In this document: piece after piece, positions 26,034-34,594 of the stretch
Numbering within the stretch: position 1 is the first letter of the stretch
How the letters are laid out: the number at the start of each line of letters is the position of its first letter
DNA from: an uncultured Aminicenantes bacterium
Lineage (GTDB): Bacteria; Acidobacteriota; Aminicenantia; UBA2199
Reading direction: 5' to 3'
Assembly: GCA_965195285.1 (NCBI GenBank)
Contig: CBDAFS010000032.1
Span: 1 to 34,594 of the forward strand
DNA: 34,594 bases
Made by a program: the position numbers and the translations under genes
The notes under the pieces: generated by a model
What the model saw: the letters and a program-made list of their open reading frames with translations, nothing else
The model's database searches: none
What the model was told of the DNA's origin: nothing

Positions 26034-28988
26034 CTATTCCTTCCCTTCCAGTTCCTTCACTCTTTTTCTGGCATCCTCCACTAGGTGCTGAAACTGAGGA
26101 TCGCAGTCCTGCCACAAGTTAATGAATTTGTTGTAGTTTTTTATGGCTTTATCTTTTTGACTTTGTTGCTGGTAGATTTTTCCCAAAATATAGAATGCTT
26201 TAGCATAGATGTCAGCATAGAAGCGCCTTCCCATAGGCAACTGTGTGACCCTCTTATACTGGGTGAGGGCATTCTGAAAGTCTTTTTTTTCAAAAAAAGT
26301 TGATCCCATGGCATTTGAAAAGACAAACTGCATGTTCGAGGTGGCTAGTGTAAGAGATAATCCCCGTTTGTAATACTCAAGGGCTTGGGAATATTCTTTT
26401 TTTTCATGCGAGATCAATCCAAGAAGATGGAAATAGGTGAACATAATCCTCTTATTCATCTGCTGTTCGATCATCCCTTTGAGAGCATCAGCCGTTTCTT
26501 GGGCCTTATCAAGAGATCCAAGGGCGATGTAAACCTGGGCTTTTGTATGTAGATTTTGTCTTTGATGCGCATAGGCCTCATTTTCTGTGGCGCTCTGCCA
26601 ATGTTCCTCTAGTTTGTCTAAGGCTCTTTCTGGATTCACTGTTCTCAGTTCTATTTGTACTAATGCATTTTGATAATCCCTTGCCCACCTCTTTTGACCG
26701 AGTTTTTCTGAATACTCCAGACCTTGATGTAAGGTTTGTTTTGCCTGAGTGAACTTTCCTTGATGGAGAGCCAATGCTGTCTTAAAATAGAAGCCCCGAA
26801 GGTTAGCGGCCGCTTCTTTTTCTTCAAGAAGTCTTCTGGATTCCTCCTTTGCTTTTGACAGCTTTCCTGTATAAAAATAGATTGACCACCTTCGCAGATG
26901 ATTGTTCCAAGCAGTTGGATCAAGAGAAATGGCTTTGTTATCCTCCTCAAAAGCCAAGTCGTATGCTCCTTGACATTGATATGTAAAAGCAAGGCTCCTG
27001 CGAATAAAAGCGCTGTCCGAGATGTTTTTGATGTAAGATCTGAGGACCTCCTCAGCTTTGTCGAAGCGGCCCATCCGTCTGTATGAGCGGGCCTGATTGG
27101 TGTAAATGACCACGTCTTCGCTTCCGCCCCTCTTGCAGACTTCGTAGTATTCAATGGCCCTGGCATTTTCTCCAATTCGGCCGTACAGATTACCCAGCAT
27201 GTTGTTCCCGCTGACATCCTCCGGGTAGAGCCTCAATAAGGATTCCAGCGCCTCTTTTCCTTTGTCATAGGTCTTCTCGGTTTGAATATAAAAGTCAGCC
27301 TGGATATTGAATTTCTCTCTGTCAGAGAGCCTAGAGCTCAATTCCAGAGCTTTTTTGATGTATTTCTCTTCTTCGGCATAATAACGAAGGTTCCCGTAGG
27401 CCCAGGACATGGCCCGGTAGGCTGAGGCGAATTCCGGATCTACGGCCACGGCCTTTTCCATGTACTCAATGACCTTCCGGTAATTTCCTTTAAGATCGTA
27501 TCTGATCCCTTCCAGATAGTATTCGTAGGCTTCAGGGGATGAGGTGGTGATTTGGCCAATGTCTTTATCTATATCACCGGAAATTTGCTTTTTTGATAGA
27601 TTCAATTTTGATTTGATCTCACGAGTGATGCCATCTATATTGGAAAAAATTTCTCCCCTTTTTGTTCTTACTGATAATGAACTGATGGTTTCGCCGGTGT
27701 CGGCTTTTAATAGAACGGTGGTTATGACAAAGTTATCTTTATCTTTTATATAACTTCCCCTTAAAATATGATTGACTCGGCCCTTTTTGGCAATTTCTAT
27801 TAGATCTTGTGTTGAGTACCTTTTAGCCTCCAGAAGGTTTAACTTTTTAAAAATACCATAAATTTCATCCGATCTTAAGACCCTAATGTATTTAGACTGA
27901 GAAAGGTCTATGGTCAAAAGCTCAGAAAACGCATCTCTCCAGTTATCCAGTTTTTCATCCCCGGATTTGTTTTCAAAATATACAATAGCAAGTGATGGTT
28001 TACTACCTGGCTCAACCGGAGGTAATTCCAGTTCAACTTTTCCTTTAAAGATAAAATATCCAGCAATGATGATAGCAGCAAGAAATGGAATAGCAAGAGA
28101 CAGGATTTTGGGTGAGAATGTTACTCCAGGTTTCGCTTTGGGTTTTACCTTTATTGATTTAATTTCAGGTTCAGATTCTCTTTTTATTTTTCTAAGATCT
28201 ACCAGTAGATCTGGTGTTCCCTGATATCTCTCGTTTGGATCTTTATTGAGTATCTTTTTGATTATACGTTCTAGCTCCATAGGAATACCGGTTCTTAATC
28301 CTGTAACCGGCTCCGGCTCCTCATTCATGATCGCATACATGATAGCCTGTTCGTATTCGCCTTTGAATGGCAATTGCCCGGTGATCATTTCATAGAGGAG
28401 CACACCCAGAGACCAAATATCAGAGCGGTGATCCATTTTGTCACCTGAAGCCTGTTCAGGGGACATATAATCCACAGTTCCCAGAGTGGTTCCCTCTTTG
28501 GTGAGTTTGGTAACTCCCTTTAACTTGGCCAGACCAAAATCCAGGATTTTTACCTCATTTCTTTTGGTAACAATAATATTTGCTGATTTAATATCCCGGT
28601 GAATAATATTTGATTCATGGGCTCTCTGTAATCCCTGGGCTGCCTGAATGGACATATTAATAGCTTCGGCTATGGGCAAGGGGCCAGAGGCAATTTTATC
28701 TTTTAAGGTTTTCCCCTCATAGTTAGCCATAGCAATGAACATCTGGCCGTCATCGGTTTCATCGATCTCGTAAACCGAACAAATATTGGGATGATCAAGC
28801 GCTGCGGCTGCTTTAGCCTCATGGATGAACCGTTTTTTCTCTTCTTCATTAATGCTGAATTGTTTGGGTAGAAACTTAAGAGCTACCAGCCGGTCGAGTT
28901 TGGTATCCTGAGCTTTGTATACAACACCCATTCCTCCCTCACCCAGTTTTTCCTGGATCTTGTAGTGAGAAATGGTTTTTCCAATCAT
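26034..28988 (-). CDS. Hanks-type Ser/Thr protein kinase with TM, TolB-N-like and TPR domains
   Basis: LGEGGMGVVY, VALK, HRDIKSAN, DFG, GTVDYMSPEQ and DIWSLG kinase motifs. A TM helix near residue 300, then FENKSGD...LSQ and many TPR-like repeats. Confidence 0.95.
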   Translation of the reverse strand: MIGKTISHYKIQEKLGEGGMGVVYKAQDTKLDRLVALKFLPKQFSINEEEKKRFIHEAKAAAALDHPNICSVYEIDETDDGQMFIAMANYEGKTLKDKIASGPLPIAEAINMSIQAAQGLQRAHESNIIHRDIKSANIIVTKRNEVKILDFGLAKLKGVTKLTKEGTTLGTVDYMSPEQASGDKMDHRSDIWSLGVLLYEMITGQLPFKGEYEQAIMYAIMNEEPEPVTGLRTGIPMELERIIKKILNKDPNERYQGTPDLLVDLRKIKRESEPEIKSIKVKPKAKPGVTFSPKILSLAIPFLAAIIIAGYFIFKGKVELELPPVEPGSKPSLAIVYFENKSGDEKLDNWRDAFSELLTIDLSQSKYIRVLRSDEIYGIFKKLNLLEAKRYSTQDLIEIAKKGRVNHILRGSYIKDKDNFVITTVLLKADTGETISSLSVRTKRGEIFSNIDGITREIKSKLNLSKKQISGDIDKDIGQITTSSPEAYEYYLEGIRYDLKGNYRKVIEYMEKAVAVDPEFASAYRAMSWAYGNLRYYAEEEKYIKKALELSSRLSDREKFNIQADFYIQTEKTYDKGKEALESLLRLYPEDVSGNNMLGNLYGRIGENARAIEYYEVCKRGGSEDVVIYTNQARSYRRMGRFDKAEEVLRSYIKNISDSAFIRRSLAFTYQCQGAYDLAFEEDNKAISLDPTAWNNHLRRWSIYFYTGKLSKAKEESRRLLEEKEAAANLRGFYFKTALALHQGKFTQAKQTLHQGLEYSEKLGQKRWARDYQNALVQIELRTVNPERALDKLEEHWQSATENEAYAHQRQNLHTKAQVYIALGSLDKAQETADALKGMIEQQMNKRIMFTYFHLLGLISHEKKEYSQALEYYKRGLSLTLATSNMQFVFSNAMGSTFFEKKDFQNALTQYKRVTQLPMGRRFYADIYAKAFYILGKIYQQQSQKDKAIKNYNKFINLWQDCDPQFQHLVEDARKRVKELEGKE

Positions 28989-29007
28989 GAGTTATCTATC
29001 CATGGAT

Positions 29008-29036
29008 TTTATAGCATATAGATATTTTATTTTCAA
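29008..29036 (-). promoter_or_regulatory. possible promoter of the kinase gene
   Basis: Minus strand TTGAAA-17-TATAAA with TGn before the -10. Confidence 0.4.
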
Positions 29037-29165
29037 TAAATGTGTTTTAATTTTAAAAAAGTAATTATTATGTCCCCATATTTAATGCATGCAGGCAAGC
29101 AGAGGATATCAACTTAGAATGTTGAACTTAGTTTGGCTGGGAGCTAGCGACAGGATGTTGAAACA

Positions 29166-29287
29166 TACGCCCGGAGGGAGTCGAACCCCCAACGCGCAGA
29201 TTTACTCGCTCGTTCATCACTCGCTCACCTTCGGTTCCTTCCCTTCGGTCAGTCATGCTGATTCACTTTGAGGTGAATCATGGGAAG
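29166..29287 (-). pseudogene. interrupted 3' half of tRNA-Arg(UCG) (att core), copy 2
   Basis: Identical to copy 1 except G25894/T29267. Inserts at 29194-29228 and 29239-29283. Confidence 0.8.
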
Positions 29288-29384
29288 TCTATATTGCATA
29301 TTCCCCAAAACGCCCTTATAGTCAGCTATAATAAGGTTTTCGGAGCAATAATTTTGAAAATAAATTAAAAATTAACCAAAATAT

Positions 29385-29403
29385 TTGACACAAATTTGAC
29401 ACA
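29385..29403. promoter_or_regulatory. putative integrase arm-type site pair, copy 2
   Basis: TGACACA at 29386 and 29397 (11-bp period), positionally equivalent to the TGGCACA pair of copy 1. Confidence 0.6.
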
Positions 29404-29824
29404 GTTGGTATATTGTTGACATTTATTGTTTCTGATTTTAAAATACGTGCATCGGGACTTTGACTTCCATTTTCATTTAATTTGGAGTCAGTATTACAAA
29501 ACCGGAGGCATGGGTGATGGAGAATGATGAATTGATCAACAAAGATGATCTGAAAAGAGCAGCAGTGAACCTGGCATGGGGTTGGTAAAACCACCAGACT
29601 TGATTGGAAACCTGCTGCTTGGCAAATAAATGATTTATGAACGATTTCGCACATGTCATGAGCCAATACGGGATTGGACGAAGAACCATGAGATCTGAAA
29701 AATATCTCTTATGGACCTGGCATGGTACTGATCGTTTTCTGGGATGCATAAAATGCATCAAGGGCTGCTGGATTTAAATCCGGAACTTGCCTTAAACCTG
29801 ATGGGTGACCCTTGTTTTTAAAAC

Positions 29825-31306
29825 TTATTTCCGACGAGTCATTCTCTGCTTAGTATCAGCAATGCTCAGAAAATCAAAATCTTCATCAATAAAATATTTA
29901 AGATCAAAATCTTCATGGGTGACCACAAGAACAACGACCTGATTCTTTGCAAGGTATTCTGATATGGTCTGCATGACAAGTGTGCGGGTTTCAAAGTCGA
30001 TATGCGCGAAGGGTTCATCCAGCAAAAGGACTTTTGGTTTTGAGATAAGAGAGCGAAGAATATCCATTCGCTTCATTTCACCTGAGCTTAAATTTCTTGG
30101 CAATTTTTCCAATAGTTCAATAGGAAGAAGAAGCTTATCCATGTAAGTTTTAAGTAAATAATTATCGTCTTCTGCCCCAAAGTTTTGTTGGGGATAGATC
30201 TGAGTGAATGAATCCCTGATTGAAAGATCCGGGAAAAAAGCAAAACGGGAATCCTGCTGTACAACGCTCATCTTTTTTCGAAAAGGTTTAAATGCAACAG
30301 GGTCATTTCCGTTTTCCTTTTTTTTCAGTTCCACAAGATTCTGTTCGTCCAGAACTATATTTCCGGTGGTCCCGTCAATAAGACGAAGAATAGATCGGAT
30401 CATGCTTGTTTTGCCACATCCACTTGGGCCTGAGATTCCATATATTATTGACTCAGAAAATTTCATACTCAGGTTTCTAAATGCATAAAAGTCATGTTCA
30501 CCAAATAACCCCCTGATCTTGTAATGTTGTGATACTTTTTGAAGCTCCAGTCCCGGGCCGGTGATTTCTTTCGGCTTTGGTTTTTCATACCCGGAGCTTT
30601 CGGGAAGGGCATCTAGGTATTTAAATTGACCATCTTCAAGTGCTATGATTGTATCCATGGAAAGCGCTCTGACAAAGTCAATATCATGGCTTGCCATCAG
30701 AATGGTTTTGTCTTTTTGGGTGAGTACCTCTTTGTTGAGAAATTGGATAAACCGTTTGCGAAGGTTGCGATCCAGATTAACAGTTGGTTCGTCTAAATAA
30801 AGCAGACCTCCCTTTCTTGAGAGGAGAATCATCAGTGTTATTCGCTGGAGTTCGCCTCCGCTAACTTCGTCAGGATAGTACTTGGTAAATTTTTTAAAGT
30901 CTATTCCAAAGTACTCATTGAGTCTTTGTTCAATGAGATCACGGGAATCCGGTGCAAGAAGCTTCAGGTTCTGTTCAAGGGAAAGGGATGGGTTCATGGC
31001 CTGGGCACTTTCTGCAGGAACAAACACAATTCCTTTTTGCCTGATTTGGTTCCAGGTTTTATAGTTGGTTTTGACACCATCTTGGTAGGCATAAAATCCA
31101 TTCAGTTTCATTGAACCAGTCAGTTTAAACGGATAAGCAGGCAGCAATCCTGCCAATGCACTGAGAAGAACTGACTTGCCAGTACCGGTCATGCCTGTTA
31201 TCGCGGTTGACGTTCCAGGCTCAGGTATAAAGGAGTCGATATTGAAAAGCGTTCTGTCAAAAAGGGTTACAGAAAAGTAATCGAGTATCAGCGGATATGA
31301 TTTCAT
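29825..31306 (-). CDS. ABC transporter ATP-binding protein, two fused NBDs (OppD/F, NikD/E-like)
   Basis: First NBD: GMTGTGKS, SGGELQR, YLDEP. Second NBD: GPSGCGKT, LSSGEMKR, LLDEP. H-loops SHD and THE. Confidence 0.9.
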   Translation of the reverse strand: MKSYPLILDYFSVTLFDRTLFNIDSFIPEPGTSTAITGMTGTGKSVLLSALAGLLPAYPFKLTGSMKLNGFYAYQDGVKTNYKTWNQIRQKGIVFVPAESAQAMNPSLSLEQNLKLLAPDSRDLIEQRLNEYFGIDFKKFTKYYPDEVSGGELQRITLMILLSRKGGLLYLDEPTVNLDRNLRKRFIQFLNKEVLTQKDKTILMASHDIDFVRALSMDTIIALEDGQFKYLDALPESSGYEKPKPKEITGPGLELQKVSQHYKIRGLFGEHDFYAFRNLSMKFSESIIYGISGPSGCGKTSMIRSILRLIDGTTGNIVLDEQNLVELKKKENGNDPVAFKPFRKKMSVVQQDSRFAFFPDLSIRDSFTQIYPQQNFGAEDDNYLLKTYMDKLLLPIELLEKLPRNLSSGEMKRMDILRSLISKPKVLLLDEPFAHIDFETRTLVMQTISEYLAKNQVVVLVVTHEDFDLKYFIDEDFDFLSIADTKQRMTRRK

Positions 31307-32100
31307 ATTTCATTCTCCTTATTCTTTGTAAGGACAAGAAGAAATGCAATGCTTATCATGACAAGAGGCAGAACCGGAAGCCAAAAAAGAAGAGGAGATC
31401 CTCCTTGGAAAAGGGCATCACGGTTTGCAGCAATTAAGGCGCCTGGACTTGCATGTGCCGGTGTCCCATAACTGCCGAAACCCAGCTGGATGATAAAACC
31501 GAATGAACAATCCAAAACAAGTACTTTCAGGAGAGTCCCTGCAGCTATCCGTTTAAAAGCATGGCGCATGACATTTGTTCCCATGAGTATGGCAAGTATT
31601 TTTCTTCGTCTGAATCCATATGACCGGAAAGAAAGGCTGTATTTCTGGTAATATAATTCACCCAGCGGAAGGGTGATTCCCCGTATTGATTCCGGCAGGA
31701 TTGTCAGAGTTGCAGCAAAAACGAAGATCATGAGAGAAACAACAGAAGAAGAAGCCTCAGAGTGACTGGCAAGATAACCTGATACCGGTGCATAACAAAA
31801 AAGGACGATCAATATGGCCGGAACTGATTCTATTGCCTCAAGAACCGCTGCTATAATTTTACCGATAATCGACCACAATATGCTGATATATCCAAGGGTT
31901 AGCGTAATTAATGCCGCAAACAATAGTGTAGCTAAAAGGGTAATGGAAAGCTGTTGGAATGATAGAACCAAGGATGAACGATAGGCAGGCGTAAGATCTT
32001 TGAGAAAACCATCTAAGATTGAAGGCACCCAGGCAGCAAGAAATGGTGATACCAAGAGAAATATCCAGAAATTCTTCAGATAATTAAATAGCTTTTTCAT
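31303..32100 (-). CDS. divergent ABC permease (OppC/DppC-like)
   Basis: Multi-TM. ESVPAILIVL, a degenerate EAA loop (FRSYGFRRRKIL) and GALIA...W..P. GAGG RBS before ATG 32100. Confidence 0.75.
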   Translation of the reverse strand: MKKLFNYLKNFWIFLLVSPFLAAWVPSILDGFLKDLTPAYRSSLVLSFQQLSITLLATLLFAALITLTLGYISILWSIIGKIIAAVLEAIESVPAILIVLFCYAPVSGYLASHSEASSSVVSLMIFVFAATLTILPESIRGITLPLGELYYQKYSLSFRSYGFRRRKILAILMGTNVMRHAFKRIAAGTLLKVLVLDCSFGFIIQLGFGSYGTPAHASPGALIAANRDALFQGGSPLLFWLPVLPLVMISIAFLLVLTKNKENEI

Positions 32101-32968
32101 ACAACCTCGGATACAAAAAGAATAAGACCGTCTTGACTGCAAACGTGACAATCGCGTTTACGCAGAGCAGTATAAACACACTGGCAATGAGAAGATCCGT
32201 GTTTCGGGTAAGAAGAGCATCCAATAGGGTACTTCCAAGGCCCGGGAAAGAAAAAATGATTTCAGCAATAGTGACCCCTCCGATAATCGCGGGAACCTTT
32301 CCGGCAAGATAAGGTATAAATCTGGGAAAACTTGACGAGAGCAGATATCCTGAGAATGTGCCCGGAAGGGGAAACAGCCTGCCCAAGGGAAGTCCTAATG
32401 TGCTGAATACCATGGTGTGGGTGGTACCCATCTGGCGCTGCATATCTGTCAATAAAAATCTGGAAGCGTCCCACCCAAGTCCTCCAAGGGTGATGGTAAT
32501 GAAGGCAATCAGCAAAAACGGGGCATTATTCCCATAACTTTCTCCAAATACCCAGAAACCGACAAATAAGGGAATAGCTGCCAGCAAAATTGCAATAGAT
32601 TTCCCGAATGTTAGAAATTTTGGTATGATTTTGTTCCCGTGTTTTTTCTCAAGATACTCAGTTGTTGTTGAGATCGCAGCACATGACAAGGCGATAAGTA
32701 CAAGAATAACCAGTGATATAATGGCAAGGGGCAGTGTAATTCCTGCTCCAGACATGATTATGGCAGATGCACTGTATCCGGGATGTGCCATTGAAAAATC
32801 AGTAGAACCGGTTAAAAGCTGAAAAAATGAATAACACGCTTCTGCATATTTTTCAATGGGTACACCAATGGCGAGAAAATACAAGGATACAAGCCCCATT
32901 GTTCCTATAATGGCGAACAAAATGCCTCGCAAGAGGAATTCATAGACAAAAAATCGAAAAAATCTCAA
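32084..32968 (-). CDS. divergent ABC permease (OppB/DppB-like)
   Basis: C-terminal GGVTIAEIIFSFPGLGSTLLDALLTRNTDL...LYPR OppB signature. Probable TTG start at 32968, just after the SBP stop. Confidence 0.82.
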   Translation of the reverse strand: MRFFRFFVYEFLLRGILFAIIGTMGLVSLYFLAIGVPIEKYAEACYSFFQLLTGSTDFSMAHPGYSASAIIMSGAGITLPLAIISLVILVLIALSCAAISTTTEYLEKKHGNKIIPKFLTFGKSIAILLAAIPLFVGFWVFGESYGNNAPFLLIAFITITLGGLGWDASRFLLTDMQRQMGTTHTMVFSTLGLPLGRLFPLPGTFSGYLLSSSFPRFIPYLAGKVPAIIGGVTIAEIIFSFPGLGSTLLDALLTRNTDLLIASVFILLCVNAIVTFAVKTVLFFLYPRLYEKAI

Positions 32969-32969
32969 G

Positions 32970-34574
32970 TCATAAACCTGCCAATGACCAGTTTTCAGCT
33001 GAAAGAAATGGATTATCTGAAGCAATGACAATGTTTTTTATATTGCGGGAATATACATCCTTTTCAAGAGTAAACAGATATACTACAGGAGCATCAGATA
33101 AAATCCGATCATGAATTTGCCGGGTTACTCGTGTCCAGTCATGCATGATAACGGTTTTGTCCCAAGTATCAAACAACTTGTCCAGTTCATGGTCCCGTAT
33201 ACCGGAAATGTTATACATGCCATCTGAGCGATACCATTTGTCTAAATCTGAATACAGATTATCAAAACCGTCACAATAAAGAAGCGCAAGCTCATAGTTT
33301 TTCTCGACAAAGACAAGGCGGTTGAACACTTGGTCTCCTGTTCTTTTGGCTGTAACTGTTAAACCAATTTTAGCAAATTGTCTTACCAAGCCCTCAGATA
33401 TCTGTTTGCCGAATTCACCCAATGAATCGGGATATAAAAGGATAGCAGTCTTTTCATTTATCCCTCCGGATACAGCCAGTTTTTGTGCCTTGGTAATATC
33501 ATAGGACATTGTATCTTCCAGAGGCTTAACATTGTATTCCTTCATATTCAGAGAAAACAGATTACTGGGGAAAGGACCGTAATTGAGAACAGCATTTTTT
33601 CTGTCTGTTACATTGGGAACAAGGATAGACCTGTCCAGAGAAGTGGAAAGTGCTTTGCGAGCATAAACATTGTTGAATAACGGAGCGTTTGAATTAATGG
33701 CCACTTTATATAATGAATAGGGAATATACCAATTGATATCAACACCTGATATGCCTTCGATCTTTGGGCGGTCCAGTGGTGATGTTTCAAGAATCAGGTT
33801 TATGCGTCCTTTTCTGAACTCATTGAGTCGTATAACAGGATCAATGGATTTTCTGATGATAAGGGTACCAGCAGCAGGAACCCGCTTAAAATAACCCCGA
33901 TTTGCGCTAAAGGTCAGCCATTTCCCAATCTCCCAGGAGGCCAGCTTAAAGGGGCCTGTGCCAATTGGTTGGACAGCAAATAATCGTTCATTCTCTCCGG
34001 AGCGAAGATTAAAGGCAAGTTTTTTCCCATTATAGGTCTCAGGTATAATTTTAAAGGTTAATACAGGATATGCACGAAAAGGGGGAATTGGATTTCGAAA
34101 TGTAATTTGAACTGTTTTATCGTCAATCGCCTTTACATCCTCGATAAAAGATAGAAGATATTCCCGTTTAGGGGATTTGTTGGCGGGTTCGACATAGGCT
34201 TTGTAAGAAAAAACCACATCCTTTGCTGTTAACTCAGTTCCATCATGCCAATTCATTTGGCGCAGGATTACTGTGTATATTTTCTTGGTCACGGGGTCCT
34301 GTGTAATGCTTTCAGCGATGGCAAACTCAGAGCCTATTGTTCCGCTGGCTGCATCAACTTCAAAATTGACAAGACCATCAAAGACAAGTTCATTAGCATT
34401 GATTGCCTGAGTATTTTGTTCAAGAATTGGATTAAGTGAGTCAGGAAGATTTGACGCCCCGATAACAATTCCCTCTGGTGCTTTTTCCCAGGGAAAAAAG
34501 AGTAGAATTACAATCCCAATAATTACTATACTGACGATAGCTATTATAATAGCCTTTTTCTTTTTATTTATCAT
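32970..34574 (-). CDS. ABC substrate-binding protein, family 5 (peptide/nickel)
   Basis: SLNP, VFDGLV, WHDGTELTAKDVVFS and PIGTGPFKL motifs. N-terminal TM anchor with no lipobox Cys. Confidence 0.92.
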   Translation of the reverse strand: MINKKKKAIIIAIVSIVIIGIVILLFFPWEKAPEGIVIGASNLPDSLNPILEQNTQAINANELVFDGLVNFEVDAASGTIGSEFAIAESITQDPVTKKIYTVILRQMNWHDGTELTAKDVVFSYKAYVEPANKSPKREYLLSFIEDVKAIDDKTVQITFRNPIPPFRAYPVLTFKIIPETYNGKKLAFNLRSGENERLFAVQPIGTGPFKLASWEIGKWLTFSANRGYFKRVPAAGTLIIRKSIDPVIRLNEFRKGRINLILETSPLDRPKIEGISGVDINWYIPYSLYKVAINSNAPLFNNVYARKALSTSLDRSILVPNVTDRKNAVLNYGPFPSNLFSLNMKEYNVKPLEDTMSYDITKAQKLAVSGGINEKTAILLYPDSLGEFGKQISEGLVRQFAKIGLTVTAKRTGDQVFNRLVFVEKNYELALLYCDGFDNLYSDLDKWYRSDGMYNISGIRDHELDKLFDTWDKTVIMHDWTRVTRQIHDRILSDAPVVYLFTLEKDVYSRNIKNIVIASDNPFLSAENWSLAGL

Positions 34575-34594
34575 TAGCGTATCCTCGTTATAAA

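Larger units (their letters stand above)
29135..29403 (-). repeat. att-like direct repeat, copy 2
   Basis: See copy 1. Constant offset of 3373 bp over 239 bp. Confidence 0.95.

Noticed and set aside
25693-29078. GGGGACAT (25693) and ATGTCCCC (29070) as inverted element ends
   Set aside because: Only 8 bp, no target duplication, and compatible with chance.
25793-29287. Functional tRNA genes or group I introns
   Set aside because: Positions 1-31 are absent from both copies, and the inserts are far too short for group I cores.
25792-29403. CRISPR array or composite transposon
   Set aside because: Only two long repeats 3.4 kb apart, with no spacers, cas genes, transposase or terminal inverted repeats.
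560-34439. The many short ORFs antisense to or nested in the genes called above
   Set aside because: Shadow frames without motifs or RBS, overlapping well-supported genes.

Overview
Bacterial chromosomal window using the standard code (TGA serves as a stop). The gene repertoire suggests Aminicenantes/Acidobacteriota, but that is an impression only. Positions 1-23.9 kb are mostly housekeeping: Ni/Co permease, GT4, thiI, rsmD, frameshifted prfB, comEC, an S55 peptidase with a beta-propeller partner, sucCD, FHA-GGDEF, an AI-2E permease, a DUF885-like protein, dnaE, guaA and DUF4388. Positions 24-34.6 kb look accessory: a gene remnant, a lipoprotein, a Ser/Thr kinase-TPR gene and a divergent peptide/nickel-type ABC operon. 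The most striking structure is a ~270-bp direct repeat (25763-26030 and 29135-29403, offset about 3373 bp) that brackets only the kinase gene. Each copy looks like a tyrosine-integrase attachment junction: paired 11-bp-spaced arm-like sites plus positions 32-73 of a tRNA-Arg(UCG) on the minus strand. In both copies the tRNA fragment is interrupted by the same two short inserts, 45 nt in the anticodon and 35 nt in the variable loop. No integrase or intact tRNA is in the window. Also notable are four apparently leaderless genes (rsmD, prfB, S55, guaA) and a ThiI with an archaeal-type CXXC+C motif. All alignments and counts were done by hand.
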